NCBI GenBank assembly: GCA_963806035.1
Contig: CAWDWO010000031.1
Coordinates: 32,001-96,000 of the forward strand
Reading direction: 5' to 3'
Source: Candidatus Krumholzibacteriota bacterium
Lineage (GTDB): Bacteria; Krumholzibacteriota; Krumholzibacteriia; JAJRXK01
DNA length: 64,000 nt
In this document: one piece after another, positions 45,592-57,600 of the stretch
How positions within the stretch are numbered: the first letter of the stretch is position 1
How the letters are laid out: every line of letters starts with the position of its first letter
The notes under the pieces: generated by a model
Databases searched by the model: none
What the model saw: only the letters and a program-made list of their open reading frames with translations
What the model was told of the DNA's origin: nothing
Translations under genes and position numbers: made by a program

Positions 45592-46563
45592 TCAACCCAA
45601 CCTGATGCGTGGATCGACGAGGCCATAGGCGATGTCCGCCAGGAGATTGCCCGCGATGACCATGCTGCCCGAGAGCAGGGTCGTGGCCAGGATTACCGGA
45701 TAGTCGCGCCCGAGCAGGGCCTGCACCGCGACCTGGCCCATGCCCGGCCACGAGAAGATGACTTCCACCACCACCGCGCCGCTGAGGAGAAAGGGCAAGC
45801 TCAGACCGAGAAGGGTGATCAAAGGGATCGCGGCGTTGCGCAGGGCATGCTTCAAGAGGACCGTGCGCTCGCTGAGACCCTTCGCGCGGGCGGTTCGAAT
45901 GTAGTCCTGCGATAGGATCTCGAGCATCGAGGACCGCATGTAGCGCGCCAGCCCGGCCGCCCCCGAGAGACCGAGCACCGCGGCCGGAAGCAAGAGATGG
46001 CGGCAGGAGGAGAGCAGCCAGGGCCAAAATCCCATTTCGTTCAAAGTGCCCGCGGCCATTCCTCCCGAGGGCAGCCAGTGGAGCCTCCACACGAAAATCA
46101 GCTGCAGCATCAGCCCCAGCCAGAAGGAGGGCAGGCTGTAGACGAGTAGGCTCAAGAGAGTGGCGCCCCGCTCACTCGCCGTCCCCCTGCGCGCCGCGGC
46201 CCAGACTCCCAGCGCGGTACCGGCCGAGAGCCACAGGAGGAACGAAACCACGCTCAGACGCAAGGTATTGGGAACGGCCTCGGCGATGATTTTGGCGACC
46301 GGCCGCTTGTGGCGCAGGCTGATTCCCAGATCACCGTGAACGAGCCCCGTGAGCCAGGACAGGTACTGCACGGTCAGAGGTTCGTCCAGGCCGTAACGCG
46401 TCCTGATCGCCTGCACGTCCTCGGGACGGAAGGAAGGATCGACGAGCGCATCGATGGGATCGCCGGGCGCCACCTGTAAGAGCACGAAGGTGAGCGTGAC
46501 CACGCCCCAGAGAAGGAGAATGGAGCCGGTGAGACGCCGTAGGACGAATCTTGCCATGAACAT
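45592..46563 (-). CDS. oppB: Oligopeptide ABC permease (OppB/DppB-like)
   Basis: APGDP, YGLDEPL..QY, GDLGIS, DYIRTARAKGL, RDYPV, DPRIR. Confidence 0.93.
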   Translation of the reverse strand: MFMARFVLRRLTGSILLLWGVVTLTFVLLQVAPGDPIDALVDPSFRPEDVQAIRTRYGLDEPLTVQYLSWLTGLVHGDLGISLRHKRPVAKIIAEAVPNTLRLSVVSFLLWLSAGTALGVWAAARRGTASERGATLLSLLVYSLPSFWLGLMLQLIFVWRLHWLPSGGMAAGTLNEMGFWPWLLSSCRHLLLPAAVLGLSGAAGLARYMRSSMLEILSQDYIRTARAKGLSERTVLLKHALRNAAIPLITLLGLSLPFLLSGAVVVEVIFSWPGMGQVAVQALLGRDYPVILATTLLSGSMVIAGNLLADIAYGLVDPRIRLG

Positions 46564-46614
46564 GCCGCGGGGTTGGTGTGCAAGATTCAAGGTGCAAGCT
46601 GTGCGGGCGAGCGG

Positions 46615-47409
46615 TCAAGGGAGAATGCGCTCGGAGCCACGAGCGGCCCTCGGACTCGCCGCATGCTGCAGGACGCACTCCGGGTAGACGTCCAAGACCT
46701 TCAGCTCGAGACCCGTGCGCTGCTGCAGCGCCTCGGCGAAGCCGAAGGCGAAGCGCTCGAGAGTCAGATCCGCGTGGCCGAGTTCCTGCAAATTCGTGGT
46801 CCGGCTGCGCAGACTCTCCTTGCGCGCGAGGCGCTCGCTCTCATCAGCTCCGCCCATGAAGTCGACGATCGAGAGGTGCTGCGGGCCCGTCAGAAGCGAG
46901 CCGTGCTGCAGGAAAGCTCGGCGAGTCTGCCGAAAGGCACTGCCCACCAGCTTTTGTCCTCTAACTGAAATTTCGTGCCCCTGGAGCGACTCGAAGCAGG
47001 CGAAGCTCTCCGGCCCACCCTCACCCAGGGTCCGCGCGGGAATTCCCAGACCATTCAGGGCCTCCACCAGCGCCGAGGCCAAGGAAGCGTAGACTTCGCG
47101 GAAGTTGGCGCCGAACCCGGCCAGCCCCAAGGGACCGGCGACGGCGTAGGTGAATTCACTCCAATGCAGGACCGCGCCGCCTCCGCTGGGGCGCCGCACC
47201 AACTCGATGCCGGCCGAGCGAAGACGCCGTGGATCGAGTTGAGCCGCGGACTGATGGTAGCCCAAAGAGAGTGCCGGAGGATCCCAGGCGTAGACACGCA
47301 GCAGCGGAGACTTCAGCTCCCCGTTCTGGTAGCTCTTCAAGAGCGCGCGATCGAGAGCCATGTTGCGCTCGCCACGCAGTGCCCCATCGCAACGCAGGAG
47401 GAGCTTCAT
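46615..47409 (-). CDS. Lipoate-protein ligase A / LipM-like octanoyltransferase
   Basis: NMALDRAL, LRVYAW.PPALSLG, VRRPSGGGAVLH, KLVGSA, QHGS; adjacent to the gcv genes. Confidence 0.88.
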   Translation of the reverse strand: MKLLLRCDGALRGERNMALDRALLKSYQNGELKSPLLRVYAWDPPALSLGYHQSAAQLDPRRLRSAGIELVRRPSGGGAVLHWSEFTYAVAGPLGLAGFGANFREVYASLASALVEALNGLGIPARTLGEGGPESFACFESLQGHEISVRGQKLVGSAFRQTRRAFLQHGSLLTGPQHLSIVDFMGGADESERLARKESLRSRTTNLQELGHADLTLERFAFGFAEALQQRTGLELKVLDVYPECVLQHAASPRAARGSERILP

Positions 47410-47411
47410 CG

Positions 47412-48872
47412 TCAATCGCAGCTTCCGCCCCAGCACACCTGGGGTGCGCGATTGGCCTTGGTCTCGTCGAGCCGACGCACCGGGGTGGATATCGGCGCAT
47501 CGCGCAGAAGCTGCGGATTCTCGCGCGCCTCTTCCAGGATACTCAGAAGAGCGGCGGCGAACGCGTCCATGGTGTCCTTGGTTTCGGTCTCGGTGGGCTC
47601 GATCATCAGAGCCTCCTCCACCACCAGCGGGAAGTAGATCGTCGGCGCGTGATAGCCGTAATCCAGCAGTCGTTTGGCGAGATCCAGGGTGTGCAGCCCC
47701 GAGGACTTCAGGCCGCGGCCACTCGCGACGAACTCGTGAAGCGTTCCCTCGGAGTAGTCGATGGGAAGTGCGTCCGCGAGGAGGGCCTTCAGATAGTTCG
47801 CGTTCAACACCGCCATCTCGCTGGCCCGCTTCAGACCGTTCCCGCCGTTACGCAGGATGTACGCGAGGGCGCGGACCATCACCCCGAAATTGCCGTAGGT
47901 ACCGTGGATGCGCTGGTGCACGCCGCCGTCTTGCGGAGCTTGCTGCCACGCGAATCCTTCGCCTTCGCGCATCGCCCGGGGATAGGGTAGAAAAGGTGCG
48001 AGTTCCTTCACCACGCACAGGGGGCCACAACCCGGACCGCCTCCGCCGTGCGGCGTGCTGAAGGTCTTGTGAAGGTTGAGATGCACCATGTCGAAGCCCA
48101 TTTCCCCCGGACGCGACTGGCCCATGATGGCATTCATGTTGGCGCCATCCATGTACATCAGTCCCCCGGCTTCGTGAACCAGTTCTGCGATTTCGCTTAT
48201 CCGCGGCTCGAAGAGGCCGAGGGTGTTCGGGTTGGTGATCATCAGCGCCGCGAGATCCTCACCCAGCTTTTCCTTCAGTCTGTCGATTCGCAATTTCCCG
48301 TTGGCTTCCGTACTCACGGACTCCACGGTGAATCCGACCAGAGTGGCGCTGGCCGGGTTGGTGCCGTGCGCGGAATCGGGAATGAGAACCCTCTTGCGCT
48401 CCTTCTGACCGCGCGCGAGATGGCACTGTCGCGTGACCATCATTCCCAACAACTCTCCGTGCGCGCCGGCCGCCGGCTGAAGACTCACTTCGTCCATCCC
48501 GGTGATCTCGGCCAGAGCCTCCTTCAGACGCACCATCACTTCCAGCGCGCCCTGAACCTGCTGTGGATTCTGATGGGGATGGATCTTCGCGAAGCCGGGC
48601 ATCTGCGCGATTTGCTCGTTCACTTTCGGGTTGTACTTCATCGTGCACGAGCCGAGCGGATAAAGTGCGCGATCGATGTGGTGGTTCTTCACCGAGAGGT
48701 TGGTGTAGTGCCTCACCACCTCGCTCTCGGAAAGCTGCGGCAGATCCAGCTCGTCTTGGCGGGAAATTTCTTCAGGCAGAGCGGCGGCGGGCACGTCGAG
48801 CTCCGGAGTCTTGTAGCTGACCCTTCCCTGCCGCGAGCGCTCGAAAACGGTGAGGACCTCCTGCTGCTTCAT
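47412..48872 (-). CDS. gcvPB: Glycine dehydrogenase subunit 2
   Basis: YPLGSCTMKYNP, QPAAGAHGE, SAHGTNPAS, NLHKTFSTPHGGGGPG. Confidence 0.97.
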   Translation of the reverse strand: MKQQEVLTVFERSRQGRVSYKTPELDVPAAALPEEISRQDELDLPQLSESEVVRHYTNLSVKNHHIDRALYPLGSCTMKYNPKVNEQIAQMPGFAKIHPHQNPQQVQGALEVMVRLKEALAEITGMDEVSLQPAAGAHGELLGMMVTRQCHLARGQKERKRVLIPDSAHGTNPASATLVGFTVESVSTEANGKLRIDRLKEKLGEDLAALMITNPNTLGLFEPRISEIAELVHEAGGLMYMDGANMNAIMGQSRPGEMGFDMVHLNLHKTFSTPHGGGGPGCGPLCVVKELAPFLPYPRAMREGEGFAWQQAPQDGGVHQRIHGTYGNFGVMVRALAYILRNGGNGLKRASEMAVLNANYLKALLADALPIDYSEGTLHEFVASGRGLKSSGLHTLDLAKRLLDYGYHAPTIYFPLVVEEALMIEPTETETKDTMDAFAAALLSILEEARENPQLLRDAPISTPVRRLDETKANRAPQVCWGGSCD

Positions 48873-50251
48873 CGCGACCTCCCCGCGGTGCTTGCGCCTG
48901 AACCCGTGACGATTTTTTGGGCCAGCTCGAGATAACGGTCCATTTCCTCCCGGGTTCGCAATTCCGTCACCGCCACCAGGAGATCCCGTTCGTCGGCGCC
49001 CTCGTTCAACTCCGCGAGCGCGATCCCCGCCAGCACGCCCTCGGCCGCGCAGGACTTCAGGAATTCACGCGCGCTGAGAGGGGTCCGCAGCACGAACTCG
49101 TGGAAGAAGGGTGAGCTGAAGGGCAGCTCCAAGCCCTCGATGCGGCCGAGTCCCGCGGCCAGGTAATGCGCTTTTGCGTGGCACGCCCGCGCCACCGCGA
49201 CCATGCCTTTCTTGCCCAGGGCCGACATGTAGATGGTTGCCATGGTGGCGGCCAGACCCTGATTGGTGCAGATGTTCGAAGTGGCCTTCTCGCGGCGAAT
49301 GTGCTGTTCCCGCGTTTGCAGAGTGAGGACGAAGCCGCGCTTGCCGTCCTTGTCCACCGTCTCTCCCACGATTCGCCCCGGCATCCGCCGCTTGAGTTCG
49401 TCGCGCGCCGCGATGAAACCGAAGGCCGGTCCACCGAAGCTCATGGGCAAGCCCAGCGGCTGTCCCTCCCCGACCGCCACGGACGCCCCGTAGGATCCCG
49501 GCGAATCCACGAGAGGCAAAGTGGTGGGGTTCACCGCCGCGATCAGAAGCGCGGCGCTGTTCTCGACCTTTGCGCCCACCGCGCGCGCGTCTTCCAAGAT
49601 TCCCAAACCGTTGGGCTGAACCAGGACCACGCAGGCGGTATCCTCATCCATTTGCGCATCGAGATCGCCAAGGTCCAGGCGCCCGTCCTCTGCACGGGCG
49701 ATGTTCACCACTTCCAGGTCGCGGGCCTGCAGATAGGTGGTGAGAACTCTGCGCCATCCCGATCCCAGAGTCTCGGGCACCAGGACTCTCTTGCGCCGCG
49801 TCTGGTTCACCGCGAGGAGCACTGCCTCCACCAACGCGGTCGCGCCGTCGTAGAGGCTGGCATTGCTGACGTCCAAACCGGTGAGACGGCAGATGTAGCT
49901 CTGAAATTCATAGATCACCTGGAGGGTTCCCTGGGAGACCTCCGCTTGATACGGCGTGTAGGCGGTGGCGAATTCACTGCGAAGAGCCAGGTAAGGAACG
50001 ATGGCGGGGATGTCGTGCTCGTAGCAACCCCCGCCGGCGAAACACACCAGCTCGTCCGCGCTCCGGTTGGCTCTCCCCATACGAGCAAACTCGCGCCGGA
50101 GTGCCGCTTCGCTGATGCCGTCGGGAAGTTCGAGGCCCGACTTCAGCCGCAGCTCCTCGGGGATGCTCGAAAAGAGACTCTCGACGGAGGGCCGCCCGAT
50201 CCTCTGCAGCATCGCCTTCACTTCGCGGTCGGTGTGTGGCGCGTAGGCCAT
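48869..50251 (-). CDS. gcvPA: Glycine dehydrogenase subunit 1
   Basis: TAYTPYQAEVSQGTLQ, NASLYDGATA, REQHIRREKATSNICTNQ. Confidence 0.97.
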   Translation of the reverse strand: MAYAPHTDREVKAMLQRIGRPSVESLFSSIPEELRLKSGLELPDGISEAALRREFARMGRANRSADELVCFAGGGCYEHDIPAIVPYLALRSEFATAYTPYQAEVSQGTLQVIYEFQSYICRLTGLDVSNASLYDGATALVEAVLLAVNQTRRKRVLVPETLGSGWRRVLTTYLQARDLEVVNIARAEDGRLDLGDLDAQMDEDTACVVLVQPNGLGILEDARAVGAKVENSAALLIAAVNPTTLPLVDSPGSYGASVAVGEGQPLGLPMSFGGPAFGFIAARDELKRRMPGRIVGETVDKDGKRGFVLTLQTREQHIRREKATSNICTNQGLAATMATIYMSALGKKGMVAVARACHAKAHYLAAGLGRIEGLELPFSSPFFHEFVLRTPLSAREFLKSCAAEGVLAGIALAELNEGADERDLLVAVTELRTREEMDRYLELAQKIVTGSGASTAGRSR

Positions 50252-50255
50252 ACTG

Positions 50256-50633
50256 TCATTCCTCTCCGATTTCAGAGGCGTATTCGTCCGCGCTCAGCAA
50301 TTCGGCGCCCTCGAGATTCTCCACTTGAAGCCGCACCATCCAACCGTCGCCAAAGGGATCCTCGTTCACCAGCTCCGGGTTGTCCTCGAGTTTCACGTTG
50401 ATGTCGACCACCACACCACTCACCGGAGAGTAGAGATCCTCCACCGCTTTCACCGTCTCGATACTCCCCAGCGATTCGCCGGCCTTGATCTTGGTTCCAG
50501 TGCTGGGAAGTTCGATGAACACGATGTCTCCCAACTCCGAGGCGGCGAAATCCGTCACCCCGATGACTCCCTGGTCCCCTTCCATGCGGAGCCACTCGTG
50601 CTCCTTCGTGTACTGGATGTCCGTGGGTCTCAT
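50256..50633 (-). CDS. gcvH: Glycine cleavage system H protein
   Basis: YTKEHEW, LGDIVF, lipoyl site ETVKAVEDLYSPVSG, NEDPFGDGW. Confidence 0.96.
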   Translation of the reverse strand: MRPTDIQYTKEHEWLRMEGDQGVIGVTDFAASELGDIVFIELPSTGTKIKAGESLGSIETVKAVEDLYSPVSGVVVDINVKLEDNPELVNEDPFGDGWMVRLQVENLEGAELLSADEYASEIGEE

Positions 50634-50679
50634 TCTCAACTCCTTGATCCGAGTCCTGTCGCTTCCGATCGTTGAGTAC

Positions 50680-51792
50680 TCAGTCCTTCACGTGCAGCGG
50701 AACAAAGGGAATCTCCACTTTTGCGAGCGGATGCCGCTTGCCGCGGATTTCCACTTCGAGTTCGCCCTGAAGGGCGTCGACTTCCAAGCGAGCGAGCGCG
50801 ATGCCTCGCTCCAGAGTTGGTGAAAAGGTGCCACTGGTGACCCGCCCCACTTCTTTGCCACCGGCAAAAATGGGCGCCCCCTGCCGGGCGATCGCCTTCC
50901 CCTGCACCTCGAAACCGGCAATGCAAGTGCCCACGCCCTCTTCCTTCTGCGCGGCCAAGATTCTCTTGCCCGTAAAGTCCACCGGCGACTTCAAACGAAC
51001 TACCCAGCCGATGTTCGATTCGTAGGGAGAGTGTTCCTCGTCGAGTTCGTGGCCATAGAGGGAATAGCAGGCTTCCAGGCGCAGGGTATCGCGCGCGCCC
51101 AGTCCCACCGGCCCCACCGAGAGTTCCTCTCCCGCCCGCAGGAGCTCCTCCCAGAAGGAAACAGCCGACTTCGCGGGCAAATAGAGCTCATAGCCCTTCT
51201 CCCCGGTGTATCCGGTGCGCGAGAGAATGCACTCCTGCCCGCCGATCTCGGGCTGCAATGTATGGTAGTACTCCAGGCCGCGCAGCTCTTCTTTGAAGGC
51301 GGCCGCGCCCGGCCAGCGCAAGAGAAGCTCGAGGCTCGAGGGGCCCTGGATGGCGATGAGGGCGGTGGAATCGCTTTCGTCCGCGAATTCGACCGCGGCG
51401 GGCAGGCGATCCTTCAACCAGGCCGCGACTTTCCCGCGGTTGGAGGCGTTGGCCACCACGAGGAAATGATCCTCGGCGAGGCAGTAGACCAGAAGATCGT
51501 CCAGCACTCCCCCGTCATCGCGGCACAGCGCGGTGTACAGAACGCGCCCCGAATGCAGTGCCGCGAGACTGTTGGTGATCAGCGAGTCCAGAGCGGAACG
51601 CGCACCGCTTCCTCGCAGGTGAAATTCCGCCATGTGGCTGATGTCGAACAGCCCCACATGCGCGCGCACGCGCCGATGCTCCGCCAGCACGCCTTCGTAC
51701 TGCACCGGCATCAAGTAACCGGCGAAATCGACCATGCGTGCGCCGTGCTGCTCGTGCCACGAACTCAATGGGGTGCGACGTGGCTCCGTCAT
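50680..51792 (-). CDS. gcvT: Aminomethyltransferase
   Basis: MVDFAGYLMPVQY, GLFDISHM, SRTGYTGEKGYE, GLGARDTLRLEA. Confidence 0.97.
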   Translation of the reverse strand: MTEPRRTPLSSWHEQHGARMVDFAGYLMPVQYEGVLAEHRRVRAHVGLFDISHMAEFHLRGSGARSALDSLITNSLAALHSGRVLYTALCRDDGGVLDDLLVYCLAEDHFLVVANASNRGKVAAWLKDRLPAAVEFADESDSTALIAIQGPSSLELLLRWPGAAAFKEELRGLEYYHTLQPEIGGQECILSRTGYTGEKGYELYLPAKSAVSFWEELLRAGEELSVGPVGLGARDTLRLEACYSLYGHELDEEHSPYESNIGWVVRLKSPVDFTGKRILAAQKEEGVGTCIAGFEVQGKAIARQGAPIFAGGKEVGRVTSGTFSPTLERGIALARLEVDALQGELEVEIRGKRHPLAKVEIPFVPLHVKD

Positions 51793-51852
51793 ACTTCATT
51801 CCCTCTCGCAAGATCCCGCCGTGGTTCTCTCGCCCACGGCAATCGTCCGCGC

Positions 51853-54666
51853 TCAAGCCGCATTCAGTTGCCGCCTCAGCATGTGTCCGGTGTGCGACTC
51901 CCCGCAGTTCATCACTGCGTCCAGAGTTCCCTCCACCACGATGGCTCCCCCCTGCTGACCGCCCTCGGGCCCCAGATCGACGATCCAGTCGGCAGCCAGA
52001 ATCACCTCCGGATGGTGCTCGATGACCAATACCGTATTGCCTTTGTCGACCAGTTTCGCGAGAACGGCCAGGAGCATTTCCACATCCTGGAAATGTAGTC
52101 CGGTCGTCGGTTCGTCCAAGAGGTACAGAGTGCGCCCCGTGGAGGGCCGGCTGAGCTCTTTTGCCAGCTTCAGCCGCTGAGCCTCCCCGCCGCTGAGGGT
52201 GTCCGCCGCCTGGCCCAATCGAAGGTAGCCCAGCCCGACCTCCTGCAAAGTCCCCAGGATGCGCCTCATCGAAGGGACCGGATCCAGGAGTTCTGTGGCC
52301 TCCTCGATGGTCATCTGCAGATAATCCGCGATCGAACGTCCCTTGTAGCTCACCTCGAGGGTCTGCCGGTTGAAGCGCCGGCCTTCGCAGACGTCACAGA
52401 CTACCCGCACCTGGGGCAGAAAATCCATAGTCAGTGTGCGCACGCCCGCCCCGTCACAAGCTTCACAACGTCCGCCCTTGGTGTTGAAGGAGAAGCGGCC
52501 TTGATCGAAACCGCGAGCTTTGGCCGCGGGAGTCTGCGCCAGAATTTTTCTCAGATAGGTGTACAGACCGGTGAAGGTGGCAGGAGTGCTGCGGGGAGAA
52601 CGGCCAATCGGTTGCTGATCGATGAGAATGACCTTGTCCAGCGCCTCGCCCCCCTCGATGCCGTCATGTTCTCCGGGCTTGGCCAAAGCCCCGTGGAGCT
52701 CTTTGGCGAGCGCGCGATAGAGAATTTCGTGCACCAGGGTGCTCTTGCCGCTGCCGGAGACCCCGGTGACCGCGATGAACTTGCCCAGGGGCAGAGTCAC
52801 GTCGATGCTGCGCAGATTTCTGGCTCGCGCTCCGCGAATCACGAGAGCGCTCTTCGAATCGGGGCTGGCGCGCTTGCGGGGGATCTCGAGCGGCCGGGCC
52901 AGCCAGCGACCCGTTGGCGAATCCTCGCAGCGCGCGATTTCCCGCGGCGTGCCTTCCGCGACGATCTCACCTCCGTGATCCCCCGCTCCCGGACCGAGAT
53001 CCACCACATGGTTCGCCGCTTCGATGATGTCGCGATCGTGCTCGACCACCACGAGACTGTTTCCGCGGTCCACCAGACGGCGCAGCAGCTCGATGAGCCG
53101 CGCGTTGTCCCGCGCGTGCAATCCCACGCTGGGTTCGTCCAGAACATAGAGCACGCCGGTGAGCCGCCCCCCGACCTGGGTTGCCAAACGCACGCGCTGA
53201 CCTTCGCCGCCGCTGAGCGAACTCGTGGGTCGGCTCAGAGTCAAATATCCCAACCCGGCCTGCACCAGAAATCCCAGACGCGATACGATCTCCTTCTTCA
53301 AGGGTTCCCCGATCAGCGCCGCGCTCCCCGAAAAATGCCACTCCTCCAGCTCCGCCAGCAGCTCGACGAGGGGCAGATCGGAAAGCGTGCCCAGGTCGCG
53401 GCCACAGAGCTCGACGCTGAGCGCCTCGGGTCTCAGACGCGTCCCGTGGCAATCGGGACACTGCCGCTCCTCCATGAATTCCTCGCACCAATTTCTTATT
53501 CTCTGGCTCTTGGTCTCGCGGGCCCGCCGCGTCAGCATCGGCACCAGACCTTCGAAATCCGCCAGAAATCGTTCATGACCCGAGATGCCCTCACGGAGAA
53601 AGTCGAACTCCTTCCCCATCGTCCCCGAGAACAGAGCGCGCCTGAGTTGCTCACTCATCTCGGCCAGAGGAGCTTCTTCGTCGAAGCCGAGTCGCCGCAC
53701 GAGGTACTCGACCTGTTCGTTGATGAAGCTCTGATTCTTGCCCCGAAGAGGCGCCAATCCGCCGTCGCGCAGGCTCAGCGAGGGATCGGGAACGAGCAGG
53801 TTTTCGGCGACGCTGCGCGTGGACCCCAGGCCCCGGCAACTGCGACAGGCGCCGGCCGGCGAGTTGAAGGAAAAGAGCCTGGGCTCGAGGATCGCGAAGC
53901 CGGTTCCGCACTTGGGACAGGCGAGCCGATCGCTGTAGACCTTCTCCCGGCCCCCCGAGAGAGCTGCAATGATGAGGCTGCCCTCCCCTTCGGCGAGTGC
54001 CCTCTCCACGCTACTGGTCATGCGCTGCTGGGATCCGCTGCCCGCCTTGAGTCGGTCGACCACGAGATCGACGTCGTGGCGCGCGCCCTTCTTCAACGCT
54101 TCCAGCTCGTCGAGCGAGAGGATTTCGCCGTCGACGCGAATCCGCGCGTAACCCTTCTTGCGCAGGGAGGCCAAGAGTGAGCGCTGCTCGCCACGCCTGC
54201 CTCTGAGTACCGGAGCGAGAACCAGGTAAGCTGTCCCTTCCGGCAGATGCAGCAACTCCTTCAGGATGAGCGAGGGATGTCCGGCCGCGACTTTGATCTT
54301 GCACTTGGGGCAATGGGGCTCGCCGAGCCGGGCATAGAGGAGACGCAAAAAGGGTATGGTTTCGGTAATGGTTCCGACGGTCGAGCGCGGATTGCGGCCC
54401 AAGCCGCGCTGTTGGATTGCCAGCGCGGGACTCAGCCCCTCCACTCGATCCACGTCCGGCTTGGGGACCTGCTCCAAAAAATGGCGCGCGTAGGCCGAGA
54501 GAGATTCGAGGTACCTGCGCTGGCCTTCCGCGTACAGGGTATCGAAAGCGAGACTGCTCTTTCCCGAACCACTCGGTCCGGTGATGACCACGAGTTCGTT
54601 CCGGGGAAGCCGGACCTCGATGTTCTTGAGGTTGTGTTCTCGAACGCCCTTCAGGTGAATGGCCAT
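51853..54666 (-). CDS. uvrA: Excinuclease ABC subunit A
   Basis: GVREHNLKN, two Walker A motifs ([16 protein letters not shown]), zinc fingers, LSGGEGQR and LSGGEAQR. Confidence 0.97.
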   Translation of the reverse strand: MAIHLKGVREHNLKNIEVRLPRNELVVITGPSGSGKSSLAFDTLYAEGQRRYLESLSAYARHFLEQVPKPDVDRVEGLSPALAIQQRGLGRNPRSTVGTITETIPFLRLLYARLGEPHCPKCKIKVAAGHPSLILKELLHLPEGTAYLVLAPVLRGRRGEQRSLLASLRKKGYARIRVDGEILSLDELEALKKGARHDVDLVVDRLKAGSGSQQRMTSSVERALAEGEGSLIIAALSGGREKVYSDRLACPKCGTGFAILEPRLFSFNSPAGACRSCRGLGSTRSVAENLLVPDPSLSLRDGGLAPLRGKNQSFINEQVEYLVRRLGFDEEAPLAEMSEQLRRALFSGTMGKEFDFLREGISGHERFLADFEGLVPMLTRRARETKSQRIRNWCEEFMEERQCPDCHGTRLRPEALSVELCGRDLGTLSDLPLVELLAELEEWHFSGSAALIGEPLKKEIVSRLGFLVQAGLGYLTLSRPTSSLSGGEGQRVRLATQVGGRLTGVLYVLDEPSVGLHARDNARLIELLRRLVDRGNSLVVVEHDRDIIEAANHVVDLGPGAGDHGGEIVAEGTPREIARCEDSPTGRWLARPLEIPRKRASPDSKSALVIRGARARNLRSIDVTLPLGKFIAVTGVSGSGKSTLVHEILYRALAKELHGALAKPGEHDGIEGGEALDKVILIDQQPIGRSPRSTPATFTGLYTYLRKILAQTPAAKARGFDQGRFSFNTKGGRCEACDGAGVRTLTMDFLPQVRVVCDVCEGRRFNRQTLEVSYKGRSIADYLQMTIEEATELLDPVPSMRRILGTLQEVGLGYLRLGQAADTLSGGEAQRLKLAKELSRPSTGRTLYLLDEPTTGLHFQDVEMLLAVLAKLVDKGNTVLVIEHHPEVILAADWIVDLGPEGGQQGGAIVVEGTLDAVMNCGESHTGHMLRRQLNAA

Positions 54667-54670
54667 CCGC

Positions 54671-57600
54671 TCAAGAGCCACTACTCTTTGCCTCTTTCTG
54701 CAAGGCGTCGAGACGACGCACCGCCTCGGCTCCCCACTGGCTCTTGGGACCGTACTGTTTGATCACTTTCTCGTAGAGCTTCGTGGCCGCGTCCAACTCG
54801 CCCATTTTTTGATAGACCTCGGCCGCCTTGAGCTGTGCCGTCACCGGGAGTTGTCCGCTCTTGGGATAGAGATAAGGGATCTTGAGATAGGCGGCTGCCG
54901 CTTCGTCGAGACGCCGCAGCTTCTCCAGAGAATCGGCAATCCAGAACTGGCCGTAGGCCTGATCCTCCTCGCTCAACAGAGGCATGACTCGCTGGTAGGC
55001 GGCGATGCTCAGCTCGTAGCGGCCCGATTCGTGGTAGCAATACGCGATGTTGCTCAAAATCTGCTCGGCGTCGGGCAAATCCGCCTGTTCCTCCAGGAGA
55101 GAGTGGTAGACCTCCAGCGCTTTGTCGTAGCGTTCGAGTCTGCGCCAGCTCATCGCCAGGCCCTTCATCGCTTTCACCTTCAGAGGGTGATTGGGGTATT
55201 CGTCGACGAGTTGCTGGTAGGCCTTGCGCGCCGCCTCGTCGTCGCCATCCCGGGCCGCGAGATTCGCGACCTTGAAGAGTGCCTGCGCGGACCATTCGCT
55301 GTTCGATGCCGCGGCCGCCGCGCTCTTGAAGGCCGTGCTCGCATCATCGAAGCGCTGCGCCTTCAGCATGTACATCCCCTCGCCATATTTCGCGCGCGAC
55401 AGCAGCTCCTTCGTGACAGGCTCCTTCTCCACCATTTGATAGAGCTCGAGGGCATCGTCCGCCCTGCCCTGCTCCAGCTCGGCGTCCGCCAGATCGAGCC
55501 GCGCTTGCGGTACCAGGGACCCAGCCTGCGGATAGCCCTCGCTGAGCTTCTTCAACTCTTCGGCGGCGGCTTTGAGCTTTGCTGCCATGGCCAGAGCCCG
55601 GATCCTCAGGGCAAGAGTCCGCGCAGTCACGGGATCCTCCTGAAAGCGGTCCAGCCAGCGCAGCGCCGCTTCCGGCCGATTCCGCTCCAGCTGCAGCTCG
55701 GCCAGACGCCGGAACACGTCCTCCTTCTGGGCAAGTTGTGGATCCAACTCGCTCAAACGAGTCAGGGCATCCGTCGCGAGGCTGTCGTGCCCCGCGCTGC
55801 TCTCGAGTTGAGAAATTTTCAGCAAACTGCGCCCGGCGTATCGACTGTTCGAGGTCTGGGCCGCGAGTGCTTGAAAGCGCCGTCGAGCATCCTCGATTCT
55901 GCCCCTGCGCATCTGAGCCGTCGCGAGGCGATAGTTGGCGTCATCGGTGTAGACCCCGTCTTGGTAGCGCTGCAAAAGCGCGTGATACAGAGTGGCCGCG
56001 GCATCGGGATCTCCTCCGTACAGCGCCATGTCACCGGCCAACAGCAACGAGCGCTGTCCCAGTTGGCTCGACGGGAAGGTCCTGGCGTAGGATTCGTAGA
56101 GGGTTTTCGCGGCCGCATAATGCTGTTGCCCGCGCTGAATCTCCGCCATCAGGTAGCGGGCCGCGGCCGCCAGATTCCCCGCGTCCTGAGCGTCCATGAT
56201 CCGCCTCAGTTCTGCCGCGGCGAGTTCGTCCTTGTCTTGCTGGTGATAGAGCCACGCCAGGGCATAGCGCAGGGTCTGGTCCCTCAGCGGCTCCGGCTTT
56301 TGGGCCAGCCCCTCCTTCAGCCAGACGATGCGTTGTGAATCCGGAAGATCCGTGGAGAGTTCGGCGGCGCGCCACAGGAGCCAGACTCGCGCCTCGTTCG
56401 CGGACTTCTGCTTCAGGGCGAGGCGCATCTTGGCACCGAGCGCGGTCCACGCCGATTGGCCGAGATCGAGCCCCTCCTGCGCGCCGTAACCGCCGAGCAA
56501 GGGGGTGTGCTCCGCATCGAAGAGCGGCGGAGCTGGAGCTTGTGCCCTCTCGGAAAGTTCCAGTTTCAACAGGGCGGTTTGGGCCGCGCTCTTCGTGGTC
56601 CCGGAAGGCGCGAGCTCCACGGCGCGCGCATAAGCTTTGCGCGCCGCACTCCATTGCTCCTTCCAGGAGGTGTCCGTGGCGGAATCGAGCTTGGCTTGAA
56701 GCGCGAGCTGCTGCCGGCATTTGCCCAACTCCAGTGAGGCCCGGGCGGCACCCAGCGAGTCCGAGGCCGCCGCGCTCAGTTCCTCGAAGACTTTCGCGGC
56801 AGCCGCGGCATCACCGGCCACGTCGCGCAGCACCGTCCCCACCTTCATGCGGCGCAGGCTTTCATTCTCTTCAGGGGTGAGGGCGAGCTGACTCAAACGA
56901 CGCACCGCCTCATCGGGCTGTTTCTGGACGCGGCGCGCATCGAGCTCGAGCTGGAGACGCAAGTCGGCGGCCTGCTCGCTCGTCGGATGCTGGCGAATGA
57001 GGCCCTCGGCCACTTGCCTGGCCTCGTCCTTTTGTCCGGCGGCCCGCAACTCGCGCACCTGGGACAGGAGATACTGAGCCTGCATCTCGCTCTGGGGCTG
57101 CGCTGCCGCAGCCTCGCGATAGAGGTCGGCCGCCAGGGCATGACGCGCGAGCGCGCGGCTGGTGATCTGGGCGGCGTTGGCCCAGGCCAGAGAGCGCAGC
57201 GAATCGCCGGGAGCCACACTGGCTGCCCTCTGCCACAGCAACCGCGCTCGTTCGTGTTCCTTCTGATCGACTTGCTTGGCAGATTCAACGAGGGTGGCCA
57301 GGCTCGAGAGCGCTCTGTAGGCCACGGTGGAATCCGGGCTCGAGGCGAGCGAGAGCAACTCCTGCTCGGCGCCCTCCTTGTTCTGCCTCGCATCGGCTCG
57401 CGCCAAAATCAAGCGGGCATGGCTCGTCCCGGCGGCGTCCGGGTACTTCTTCAGGTAAGCGTTGGCGGCATCTCGGGCCGAGTCGTAGTTGTCGGACCTC
57501 AGCTCGCACTCGCCGAGCCCCAACAAAGCACGCTGGATTTGCTCGGGCGTTCCGCCACGATCCGCCACCTCGCGATAACGTTTTGCAGCTTGCTTCCACG

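Noticed and set aside
51793..51852. Glycine riboswitch upstream of gcvT
   Set aside because: Gap is only 60 nt and lacks a recognisable aptamer; gcvT appears to be read through from uvrA.
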